The translations under genes were made by a program, and so were the position numbers. DNA of 55,027 bases, taken from Barthelona sp. PAP020 (lineage: Eukaryota). The stretch spans positions 1 through 55,027 of the forward strand of contig JARQWU010000037.1 of assembly GCA_040182905.1 (NCBI GenBank), read 5' to 3'. Of the stretch, positions 1 through 9,766 are shown one piece after another (positions within the stretch are counted from its first letter, which is position 1; each line of letters opens with the position of its first letter). The notes under the pieces are model-generated. The model was not told the origin of the DNA. It saw only the letters and a list, made by a program, of their open reading frames with translations, and did no database searches.

Positions 1-89
1 TCCGTAAATCCTGTAATAACATCCGTAGGTAGATGATAGCATTCAAAATCATCAAATTCAGGGTATGATGAATAAGGATTCGCAGTCAT
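1..89 (-). CDS. 5' end of a CDS running off the window start (MTANPYSSYPEFDDFECYHLPTDVITGFT...), product unknown
   Basis: ATG at 89 on the minus strand preceded by a T-rich leader; frame open to the window edge. Confidence 0.6.
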   Translation of the reverse strand, partial: MTANPYSSYPEFDDFECYHLPTDVITGFT

Positions 90-354
90 TTAAGAAAAAA
101 AAAAAACATAATAACATTCACACAATTTTCCCAAATAAACTTGATGTGTGAAAAATGAATGACAATTCTATATATCAATTCACATTTTTTTAATCACGTT
201 TTGCAGCTTGTAAAAGAGAATCACTTATTTAGAATATAAATGAATACAGACTATTTTTATTTATAAATCAACTATGTGTTTATGAAAATATTTTCAAAGA
301 AAGAAAAGATTTTCAGAAAAAGCAAAAATCGAAGTATTTATTTTAATCAAGTTC

Positions 355-1320
355 ATGCTTGGTTTTTTGATAATAACAAGTGTATTATTCCTCGGAATAT
401 TATCGTTAGTTTTTATTTATCATTATCAAAATCGGTTTCTATTCTTACCAAAAAGAAATGTTGCAACTGGTTTATCTGGTCCCGATGAGTTCGGTATATT
501 GTATAATAATGTATATATCAACACTAGTGATGATATTAAATTACATGGATGGCATTTAATTCAGGAAAGAGAAAATGGCAGTTGTTTAGATCTTCCAACA
601 ATAATTTATTTTCATGGAAATTCCGGAAATTTGGTCAAAAGGTTACAATTTTTAAAAAAACTTTATTTTTCTGACATTTCACCCAACATCATAATTTTTA
701 GTTACAGGGGATTTGGGTTATCAGATCCTAGAAACGTTCCAATAGAAGTGAATGCCCATTTGGATGCTGAAGCGATGGTTAAATATGCTTTTTCTTCAAG
801 ATTTGTCAACAAAAAAAAAGTATTCTTGTTTGGACATTCTATGGGGGCAGCAATAATGATAGATTATCTTTTTAAAAATAAGGGTGACCACGATAAATTT
901 GCTGGAGTCATTTTGCAAAACACCTTCACTTCTTTACCTGATGCTATTGTTGATCATATTCCATACTTGATGTATGGAAAATTTCTTATCAAGACAAAAT
1001 TTAACAATCTTGCAAAAGTTGTTGATTTTAACATACCTGCGCTATTTATTTCCTGTAAATTCGATAAACTTATTTACAGTCATCATATGGAAAAATTGTA
1101 TGCTTTGTGGGGCTCTAAAATTGACAAAGAAAATCTGAAAAAGTATTTTTGTTCCATTCAATCCAGCAATCACAATGGTGCTTGGATTGATGGTGGTTTA
1201 GCTTATTATAGAACAATTGCTGGTTTTGTTAAAAAATCTCTGGGAAATGTTGAATTTAACGGAACTGTATTTCGACGACGTTACAGTCTTCATTCCCCAA
1301 AAGCTAGAAAAATTGGTTAA
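355..1320 (+). CDS. ABHD13-like alpha/beta hydrolase with N-terminal membrane anchor
   Basis: N-terminal hydrophobic helix, YFHGNSGN, SYRGFGLS, nucleophile elbow GHSMG, NTFTS, C-terminal HN. Confidence 0.9.
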   Translation: MLGFLIITSVLFLGILSLVFIYHYQNRFLFLPKRNVATGLSGPDEFGILYNNVYINTSDDIKLHGWHLIQERENGSCLDLPTIIYFHGNSGNLVKRLQFLKKLYFSDISPNIIIFSYRGFGLSDPRNVPIEVNAHLDAEAMVKYAFSSRFVNKKKVFLFGHSMGAAIMIDYLFKNKGDHDKFAGVILQNTFTSLPDAIVDHIPYLMYGKFLIKTKFNNLAKVVDFNIPALFISCKFDKLIYSHHMEKLYALWGSKIDKENLKKYFCSIQSSNHNGAWIDGGLAYYRTIAGFVKKSLGNVEFNGTVFRRRYSLHSPKARKIG

Positions 1321-1734
1321 AAGAAACAATTATGTCTTGTTCAAACAAATAGTTCATTTTCATGATCTATGAAATTTATGTTCTGTTCATGGATTTTTAA
1401 TTTTATTTGAATTCATATTTATCTCAAATTACTCGTTAAACAAACAATTAGTCTTTTCTTCTGTTCTTTTTGAAATAAGATCATAAAATTTTTGAGTTTA
1501 TTGTTTTCTATACAATTGATTCTCTTCACTTCTATCAATAGAAATTGAAATTCTGCTTAGCAAAACAAAATAATTGGCATTGTGAATATTTTCTGATTCA
1601 AAATAAATCTCACAACGAAAAATTTTTTCTTAATTTCCAATAACAATTTGAAAATAAAATCAAGCCCAGTTCATTCAAAAAATAAAAAAATTCTAAAAAT
1701 TTACATCTAAAATTTGTAATTTACATGTACAAAA

Positions 1735-2745
1735 CTACATCCCAATACCAGCTGCGACTTCTTTTGACATACCAAGAGAAACATGATTATTAACATTTCC
1801 CATTGTATCAAAACGTTGTTCATATTCTTCAGAAATACACCAAGTCTTTCCATCAACAAGGAATTTAAAGTCAAATTCTTTTTGTGGCAAACACATCTGA
1901 ATCTCAAAATGATTTTGCTCCAGTTGTTTCATTGGTAAATTGGTACCCCAATCATCAAAAGAACCTGAAAGCTTAACATTCTCAGCAGGTCCATAATAAT
2001 GAAAAGTGACATTTTGCGTGTCCATTGTTGCTTTTCCAAGAGAACTCTTTGGTATCATAACTGGTGTTAAATCAGCTGGAGGTGTCATGTCAGGCCAACA
2101 ATTCAAATCGTCATCAACTAACAAAACGTTGTTGACATTACCTTTCTTATCATTTTGAGTTGGTAAATCTTCTCTATAAACATATTCACCATCAACAACA
2201 AACTTGAATGCATATTGACCAGGTCCAAGATTCAATTGATAAAAGAAGTCCCCATTTGAACGTTTCCTCATGGAAAGTTGCTCATTCCATCTATCCCAAG
2301 ATCCAACAATTTTTGCAGTATCTGCTGAACTTGCAAAAGAAATAGGGATGCCAATTCTGTAACAAGCTTCCCCAAAAAGACCAGGTAATGAATATTCAGC
2401 TGGCTCAGCATCTGAAAATGGCTCTTCTTCCGGTTTAAAAGTGAAAGGTTCATCAACAACCTTTAGAACATTGTTAAAATGGCCAGATGCATTTTGTCTG
2501 ATATTTTGAAAAGGTAAACAACGATAAGCATCATCAACAATTAACTTGTATTGATATTCTCCTTCTCTGAGGTTGACCCAGCAATAATATGGTTCACTCT
2601 TTCCTCTTCTATGCATTGGAATTCTTTTTTGCCAATTGTCCCATGAACCAACTAAGTAACATGAAAATTTGACTGGAAAAGGCCACTCAAATTCATAAGT
2701 AAGAAGATCAGGATCCGTTTTTGGAATATGATAAACTCGTGACAT
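1735..2745 (-). CDS. Protein with three tandem CBM48 (AMPK-beta-like glycogen-binding) domains
   Basis: Three units of GSW/FDxW...Y/FKF/LxVD...GxxNNVL/H. Confidence 0.85.
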   Translation of the reverse strand: MSRVYHIPKTDPDLLTYEFEWPFPVKFSCYLVGSWDNWQKRIPMHRRGKSEPYYCWVNLREGEYQYKLIVDDAYRCLPFQNIRQNASGHFNNVLKVVDEPFTFKPEEEPFSDAEPAEYSLPGLFGEACYRIGIPISFASSADTAKIVGSWDRWNEQLSMRKRSNGDFFYQLNLGPGQYAFKFVVDGEYVYREDLPTQNDKKGNVNNVLLVDDDLNCWPDMTPPADLTPVMIPKSSLGKATMDTQNVTFHYYGPAENVKLSGSFDDWGTNLPMKQLEQNHFEIQMCLPQKEFDFKFLVDGKTWCISEEYEQRFDTMGNVNNHVSLGMSKEVAAGIGM

Positions 2746-3038
2746 TTGTTAAAAAAATGATCTAATGATTATAAAAAGAATCTAAGAAGCTTGGTGAAAA
2801 ACTATACAGTAATAATAATACAATGAAAACATTCCTGTTAATTTGATTTGATGTGTAAAATTTTGTTAAATCGTCTTTAAAATTTGTAAATGATCAATCA
2901 ATCACCAAAAGAATAGAACAAAAAGAAGTATAAAAAGAAGAAGTTCTTTTTTTCTGTTTTCATATTCTTGCATATACATGAATATGCATTGAATCAAGAT
3001 CGTAAATGAATCCAAAAAAAGGATTTAAAACAAAAAAA

Positions 3039-4541
3039 CTACACATTTACAATGCTCTCTTTCATTTCCAACAATTTTATTCTTTTCTCAAGTGTACTGA
3101 TATACGCCAAAAGATTATTATCTGTTGATTGCATTAATTTAGTTCTTTGATATTTTTTCCAGCTTCTTTGAATTATGATTGCTGCTGCAATCATGTTGTG
3201 TCTGTGTTCTTTCATTTTACCCAATAAATGTTTTGTTTGATTTCTTATTAAAAATCCTCTGCATAATGATTGAATCTTAATGATTGGATGCATCAAAATT
3301 TTTGAATTGTTGTTTTCAATTGTTTGAAAAAGACTATGATGATATTGAAAGATCTTTTCAAAATTTTGAAATCTTTGCAAAATTATTTCTGAAGATTTCT
3401 TTGAATTGAGAATTGGTTTAGCCCAAAGTCTTGTTGAATAACCTCTATAATGAGCTTGCAATTGAACAACAGAATGCAAAAATCCTTTTAAAGTAACATC
3501 ATCCAAAGTGAATATATCTATTGTTTTTTTCTTTAAAAATTGACTGTTTTCATTGTTACCATAATTTATATATCTGTTTATTTGTTGAAGAACTGGTTTG
3601 ACATCTGATTGTTGATCATGCATCATCAAATTATTATTTAACTTTAGTTGTGCCTCTAAATCAATGAGACGATTTGATAAATCAACTAATAAACGATCTT
3701 TTTCCTTCAAATCAAACTTTAAAGCTGAATCAAGTTCATCCATTTGAAAACGTATTTGATCAATCTGAGAGCTATCAATTACAATATTTGACGTGTTTAC
3801 AACAGGACTTATTCGCTCCAATACACTTCTCAAATAAGCTATCAAATTGGCATCAGTGGGTGACGAAAAAACCTCAAGAATACGAGGATCTAATTCCCCA
3901 CCTGTTGTAAAAAGTTGCTGTGCAATTTCTTTTTGGTGAACATTTATTATTTCTCCAGCAACTTTTTTCAATCTGGGTGACAAAAAAAGTAAAAAGGGAA
4001 TGATATCATAATCATCAATAAGTGGGTCGAAACAAGGGTTATTCAAAACATCTATTTCATTCAAATATTTAAAACTCGTCAATGATTTAAAATCTCTCAA
4101 ACTGCTAATTTTATTGAAGGATATGTTTAAAGATGAAATTTTAGCAGGTAGAAACTTATGTAAACGTGATATATCAGAAATAGCATTGTGAGAAAGATCA
4201 ACAATTTTCAATGAATTCGTCATTTGCATAAAAGGTATTCTTTTAATACGATTATGTGAACAATACAATTCCCTCAACGCTACAAAATTATTAAGATCTA
4301 CCTCTTCCAATCTATTATGTGAAATATTAATAACAAACACATTCGTTTGGAAATCAGCAATCAAATATTTGATATTATTGTAAGATAAATTCAAATTTGT
4401 CAAAGATATCAGTTGATTAAACGGTATATCATTGCATTCTTCTAATTGACTATTGGATAAATCAATTGTTTTCAATGTATTCACTGCCCCATGATGGACT
4501 AATGAGGTGATATCTCCTTCAAAATACGTAACTCTACTCAT
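3039..4541 (-). CDS. Leucine-rich repeat + coiled-coil + IQ-motif protein (CEP97/LRRIQ-like)
   Basis: SDS22-type LRRs (LxLSxNxI) with NPC cap; IQ motifs LQAHYRGY, IQSLCRGF, IQRSWKKY; first ATG at 4541. Confidence 0.8.
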   Translation of the reverse strand: MSRVTYFEGDITSLVHHGAVNTLKTIDLSNSQLEECNDIPFNQLISLTNLNLSYNNIKYLIADFQTNVFVINISHNRLEEVDLNNFVALRELYCSHNRIKRIPFMQMTNSLKIVDLSHNAISDISRLHKFLPAKISSLNISFNKISSLRDFKSLTSFKYLNEIDVLNNPCFDPLIDDYDIIPFLLFLSPRLKKVAGEIINVHQKEIAQQLFTTGGELDPRILEVFSSPTDANLIAYLRSVLERISPVVNTSNIVIDSSQIDQIRFQMDELDSALKFDLKEKDRLLVDLSNRLIDLEAQLKLNNNLMMHDQQSDVKPVLQQINRYINYGNNENSQFLKKKTIDIFTLDDVTLKGFLHSVVQLQAHYRGYSTRLWAKPILNSKKSSEIILQRFQNFEKIFQYHHSLFQTIENNNSKILMHPIIKIQSLCRGFLIRNQTKHLLGKMKEHRHNMIAAAIIIQRSWKKYQRTKLMQSTDNNLLAYISTLEKRIKLLEMKESIVNV

Positions 4542-4610
4542 CAATTCAAATTATCACCAAAAAAAATTGAAAAATAACTCTTTTTATTCTTTCACGAAAA
4601 ATCAGTTTTT

Positions 4611-4919
4611 ATGACAACGAAAAAAGAACAAAATACGCTAAGGAACAACACTGAAGAAAAAATCGACCAATCACTTGACTTTTTTAAAATTGACAGTGTT
4701 GATAATGATTCATCAAGAATTGACATTGAAAATGAGGTTCAGAGTAAAAAATTAATTATTGCTTTACCGAAATTGCAAAAAAAACAGAATAAAATTAAAA
4801 GAGAAATTCTGAAAGGAAAGAATCCTTTTCGTAGTCAAATTAATAGAAATAAAAATCTTGGAAAAAGCTATTTAGAAAAGTTAAGGTTGTCAGGATATCG
4901 TGTAAAGACTGCAAAATAA
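4611..4919 (+). CDS. Small lysine-rich hypothetical protein
   Basis: ATG-initiated 102-aa ORF, divergent from the LRR-IQ gene; no recognisable motif. Confidence 0.4.
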   Translation: MTTKKEQNTLRNNTEEKIDQSLDFFKIDSVDNDSSRIDIENEVQSKKLIIALPKLQKKQNKIKREILKGKNPFRSQINRNKNLGKSYLEKLRLSGYRVKTAK

Positions 4920-5573
4920 CGATATATATAAATTGCATTAATTTTTATTGCATACCAAATGTTTTTTTTTATTTTTGCATCTCTTTTTGAAGACAGTTGA
5001 TTGAATTTATTCTTCAATTGACAAAATGTCTTTGGTTGAAGAAAAAGACAAAATTGCTCGAAGAAAGACCTTTGTGGAATGTCAAAAGTTATTCTCTTGC
5101 ATGTTCCACACTTGTCATAAAGCTTTTTTTTCAATGAGTTTCGGTAATCATCACCTCAACCAAATGTTCTTTGAAAAGTGAACAGATCTTTCCACAAAAA
5201 AAAGAAGCAAATGTGTTTATGGTTTCTTCTTGCAATTTCTAATATTAATGGATATCAAATTTGAAAGTGAAATGACAGCAAAGAATCAAATGACACATGA
5301 TAATAAGGATACAAGTGTACTTAGTAGGCTAGGAAGGAATTAAAAAGTTTCATCAAAGAAACCCCGAGAAGAACAATCAAAATTTATTGGTAGGAAGGAA
5401 AAAGATTATTAAACTTTTATTTAGATAATCGCCCCATCCACACCTAAAGTATTTCTTTTTTTTTTTAAGAGTGTTCTGAACCATCCACGCAAAACGACTC
5501 AGTTGCAAGTACCCCCAAACTCTAACCGAGAACAATAAAGATCTTTATAAACATTTATTATTATTGTCGTGTG

Positions 5574-5641
5574 AACAGCAAAGATACCATGGAGTAATTT
5601 CCCCAACCCCAGTTAGTAAATATAAATTAAAGCCTTTAATT
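5574..5641. repeat. 68-bp exact direct repeat, copy 1
   Basis: aacagcaaagataccatgg...aattaaagcctttaatt identical to 6103-6170. Confidence 0.95.
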
Positions 5642-6002
5642 GTGAAGCGCAGCGGGCATTTTCACAAGGAGAGAAAAAGAAAAGCGTGGAGAAATGCGCC
5701 AGAATTTGAATCAAGCAAAATTTCTCGTATTTCAGAATTTATCAAATAATAAAACAACTAGTTGAGCTTAAGACAAAGAAGAATCTAATTTCACTGGCTA
5801 ATAAAGAATCTTGAAAGATTACAAAAGAAATTTTCCCAAAATTTTCAACCTTTGTCTGAATTTCCTTAATCAAATTTTCTATCCAAAGTTATTGAAGTCA
5901 TTTCTTTTTTTTTAGGGATTCAATATCGTCCAATCTTTCAATCAGAACTAAGTCATTTCAAACAGCCAGGATTCAAATTCAAGGCTTTCCCAACTACTCA
6001 TT

Positions 6003-6052
6003 NNNNNNNNNNNNNNNNNNNNNNNNNNNNNNNNNNNNNNNNNNNNNNNNNN
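6003..6052. other. Assembly gap (50 N)
   Basis: Run of N. Confidence 1.
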
Positions 6053-6102
6053 GAGTTTTTTTTTTTTTTCCAGACTCAAAGAATTCTGAATCGGTTGACC
6101 AA

Positions 6103-6170
6103 AACAGCAAAGATACCATGGAGTAATTTCCCCAACCCCAGTTAGTAAATATAAATTAAAGCCTTTAATT
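6103..6170. repeat. 68-bp exact direct repeat, copy 2
   Basis: Identical to 5574-5641. Confidence 0.95.
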
Positions 6171-6274
6171 TTGCCCTTTCGTCTAACGTGAAATGTTAAT
6201 TATTATTTTTTTGTCAAGTGAATTTTTAAGTTTTTGAAGACCCGATCCTTATTCCTTCCTAAAGTTTTCAAAAA

Positions 6275-6347
6275 TGATCTTGCCGGGTTTCGATCCCGGG
6301 ACCACCTGCGTGTTAGGCAGGCACTCTCCCAACTGAGCTACAAGATC
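6275..6347 (-). tRNA. tRNA-Val(AAC)
   Basis: Cloverleaf GAUCUUG/CAAGAUC acceptor, GCUC/GAGU D-stem, CCUGC-CUAACAC-GCAGG anticodon arm, CCGGG-AUCGAAA-CCCGG T-arm; followed by a T5 Pol III terminator. Confidence 0.95.
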
Positions 6348-6492
6348 CTTGCGTTCATCTAAATATTTGTTGGGTTTGGAAGGTTATTGAATATTAAAAT
6401 ATTAACAAATCTGTAATTTAAAAGGTATGGTTAAAAAGGAAGAGCAAAAAGTTTCTTTTTATTAAGTTGACTAAAAATTATAAATCAATATT

Positions 6493-6612
6493 TATTTCCA
6501 AGCAAAGAAGCACTGTGCGTAGAGTGAATAAAAGAGAATAGTGTTTATTTGGTTAAACGCTTTCAAGGCCGATTGATCTGTTGAAAAACTATAAATTTTA
6601 CTTTTGCAAAAA
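6493..6612 (+). repeat. ~300-bp dispersed repeat family, truncated copy A
   Basis: Head tatttccaagcaaagaagcactgtgcgt...ttggttaaacgctttc...gatctgttgaaaaact shared with the 41499, 44323 and 51203 copies. Confidence 0.85.
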
Positions 6613-6920
6613 TTGGTCCAGTTGTGAAACAACTATATTCATTTACAAAGAAAGAAAACTCAAAAAACGCATTCTAGCAAATTTCAGTCATAATCCAAGA
6701 AGGGGAATTGAGGAACTGAAATGTAATTGAAACGATCAAACAGGAGAATTTTGGAAAAATTTTCCATTCCTATCTTTTTGTTTTTTTGCAAAAGCAAAAT
6801 TTTAAAGTTTGAACTTTTCCTTAGAAAATCTAAAGTTTTTCAACAGATCAGTGAGCCTCGAAAGCCTTTAACCAAATAAACACCATTCTTTTTTATTCAC
6901 TCCTTCTTGGCTTGGAAATA
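6610..6920 (-). repeat. ~300-bp dispersed repeat family, near-full copy B (inverted relative to A)
   Basis: Reverse complement runs tatttccaagccaagaag...ttgcttttgcaaaa...ttacatttcagt...gttgtttcacaactggaccaattt. Confidence 0.9.
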
Positions 6921-7176
6921 GTCAACTGTTTTAAGTCTGACAAAAAATAAACAAACAAAATCCAATCTCAACTAAATAAAAGAATTTCAGAAAAATTTAT
7001 TTGGTTTGTCAAAAAATTCTTTATTTTTAACTTTTGAAGAAATATAAAGTAACAAATTAATTGAAAATCAAAAGTTTTAATCAAATAGATACCATTCTTT
7101 CTTATTCGTTCACATATTTGGCGCTTTATTGCTTTGAAATAATAGATTTTTGACATTCAAAAAAATATTTATCATG

Positions 7177-8808
7177 TCAGATACAACTTTTATATGAAGG
7201 TTTATTTTTTAAAACATCAATAATCTCATCATTATTGTAATATTGCGCAATATTAAATGGAGTACAACCAAATGAATCTTGAATTTCACAAAGCTTTTCC
7301 CCAACATCCAAATTAATGAGTTTGAGAGCAATTTGATTAAACTTTAAATAGATTGCCATGTGCAATGGAGAAAGATTATCATCGCATCGACAAATATCAG
7401 GTTCAGCTCCATATTTTAACAATAATTCAACAATCTCCAAATTTCCTTGTTGAACAGCAATAAACATTGGAGATATATTTCTGTCTGTTACAACATTAAC
7501 ATTTGTTCCATGTTCTAACAACATGATAACAATATCCTTGAACTCATTCTGAACACACATAAATAACGGGGAGACTTGATGTATATCTGATAAATTATAG
7601 TTGATGTTATTATTCAAGAGTAATCGAACGATTTTCAGACATCCTAATCTACAAGCATGCCACAACAAAGAGAAACCATACTCATCTTGTGCGTTTAAAT
7701 CATGGTTTTTGGTAACTAACAAAAAGAGATCATTCAAAAGAAAGATGTCATTTGAGTTGATAGAAGTGTTTTTTCTTGAGGTCAAAAACCTTATAAACTC
7801 ATATTGAATTTGTTGGATAACAGAAGCGCCAGATCTTTTGACTAGGTCTGTGACAAATTTTTCTTTACGATTTCTTTGAAAAGATTCATCTTTTAATCTC
7901 ATTATTTGTTCAATAACACGCATTTTCTTTGTTTCTTTATTAATATTTTTCTGTTTAATCTTCATTTTTTCAAATGAATTTTCAACCGTGGATAAACATG
8001 GATCCTTGATATTTTCTTTCAAAAGCTGTACGATAGAGTGTGCCACAGTATCAGAAAGATCTGTATCTGTGCATCGTTGAAGCTGTGTATTTTCCAAAAT
8101 CTGCACTGCTGCTTTAAGACAATCTTTTCTATCTTCATTCATATTATTATCAGTGGTAACACAATTCAGACATATTTCTTCACCAGCTTGTAAAAGAAGT
8201 TTGACTATTTCAATGGATTGGATTTTTACAGCAAGCATCAGTGCGGTATTTCCCTCAATATTCTTATAACTAAGCAACTTTTGAGTCTTTTGCTTTCTAA
8301 ATTTTATTTCTTTCGTCAATAATGTAGTGATGACATCAATACGATTTTCTAGTGTAGCTTTTTGCAAACAAGACAATTTTCCATTCATTCCTTCATAAAA
8401 CTCAACATTAGCATTATTTTCGATAAATAAATCAACTAAATCATTAAAACCAGAAGCGCATGCAATAAATAAAGGAGAATAATGGTTTTCACAACAATTA
8501 TCAATCTTTGCACCTTTGTCAAGTAATAATTTACATATATCATAAAAATGAAGAGATGTAGATAATAATAATGGAGTATAATTATCCTCGTTCATCATTT
8601 CTAAATTAATTCCCTTTTCAATTAAGAAATTTATCATTTCAATTGAATTATTTATTACAGCATAATGAATACCAGAATTTTTATTGTGTTCATCTTGATA
8701 ATTGATGTTAATTGTTACATCATCAAATATTTCAACCAATTTTTTCACATCATTATCTTCACATAATGTTAAATATTCTTTATTCGATGATTTCGGAGGT
8801 AATGACAT
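7177..8808 (-). CDS. Ankyrin-repeat protein with two ankyrin clusters (ORF open upstream to ATG 8979)
   Basis: Multiple T/SPLxxA...G..IVxLLL ankyrin repeats in N- and C-terminal blocks separated by a helical linker. Confidence 0.9.
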   Translation of the reverse strand: MSLPPKSSNKEYLTLCEDNDVKKLVEIFDDVTININYQDEHNKNSGIHYAVINNSIEMINFLIEKGINLEMMNEDNYTPLLLSTSLHFYDICKLLLDKGAKIDNCCENHYSPLFIACASGFNDLVDLFIENNANVEFYEGMNGKLSCLQKATLENRIDVITTLLTKEIKFRKQKTQKLLSYKNIEGNTALMLAVKIQSIEIVKLLLQAGEEICLNCVTTDNNMNEDRKDCLKAAVQILENTQLQRCTDTDLSDTVAHSIVQLLKENIKDPCLSTVENSFEKMKIKQKNINKETKKMRVIEQIMRLKDESFQRNRKEKFVTDLVKRSGASVIQQIQYEFIRFLTSRKNTSINSNDIFLLNDLFLLVTKNHDLNAQDEYGFSLLWHACRLGCLKIVRLLLNNNINYNLSDIHQVSPLFMCVQNEFKDIVIMLLEHGTNVNVVTDRNISPMFIAVQQGNLEIVELLLKYGAEPDICRCDDNLSPLHMAIYLKFNQIALKLINLDVGEKLCEIQDSFGCTPFNIAQYYNNDEIIDVLKNKPSYKSCI

Positions 8809-9766
8809 ATTTTCGCAAATTTTAGGAAAAAAAATTCCTTTTACAATGAAAGATCCATCAATTTCCTCTGAATTTGGTTCTTTATAAATAGAGAATATTT
8901 TTGATGAAATTAAGACGCGTGTGAATTTCAATGACATAATAATAGTTACGGATACTACTTTATTTGCTTTCTTCTTCATTTCATAATAGTTTCAGTTATA
9001 TTTTTACTCAAAAAGATATCAAAGCAATTGAATCATTATATGACAAGAAAACCAATTGTCATTAACACAATTTTCAAGCAACTTAAATGATGAATGTGAA
9101 ATAATTAATTTCTCTTTTCATTCAATTAAAAATAGTACTTCCATTTGAAACCTATAACATGTGAAAAAGAATGAAATTCTGATTTCTTAGCATTTTTTCT
9201 TTTTCTGAAAATTTGTTGATTTTGAAGATAAACAGTTTTTGCATTATTTCGTTTATAATAATAAAACATATAACAATGAGCAATTGGAAACATTTGACAA
9301 AAAAGAACCATTCAAATATTGACAATTATTTCAATGTATTAGTTCAAAACATAAATTTTCAAAATGATTTAAAATGTTTTGTACTTACAGAGACACTATT
9401 TATCAAAGACAAATTCATAAAAATTAAATTTTTCAACAAAACAATTGTTTGAGATGAGAACTTTGATATTTTTTTCTTTCACCCTATTGTTTTTTTTTTG
9501 TTTTTGTTTCAAAAAGTTTGTATTTTTTATCATTTTGTTCAGGCGAGGATTATCATTATAACCGTCTTTCGAATGATCAACCAATGATTCTATTCTATTA
9601 GTCTTGCTGAGCCTTTTTTTCATTCTTTTTTATTGAATGATTTCTAACTTTTAGATTACTTTATTCAGTTAAACATTTGTTTATTTCAATCATAAATTTT
9701 AGAAATTTAAAAATTTTGAATTGCAAATCATTATTGTTGTTTGATTTTATTTTTCATCAAAATTAA

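Noticed and set aside
4868..5240. Minus-strand frame continuing through an in-frame TGA (5156-5158) into the 88-aa ORF with CxxC: selenoprotein or readthrough?
   Set aside because: No ATG after the upstream TAA, no recognisable selenoprotein motif or SECIS; more likely non-coding or decayed sequence
5601..5611. CCCCAACCCCA resembling a ciliate telomere or telomerase template
   Set aside because: Under two repeat units, no supporting structure, and the telomere sequence of this organism is unknown
9126..9623. Short overlapping ORFs between the ankyrin and WDR1 genes
   Set aside because: Low-complexity AT-rich translations with no motifs; cannot be distinguished from chance
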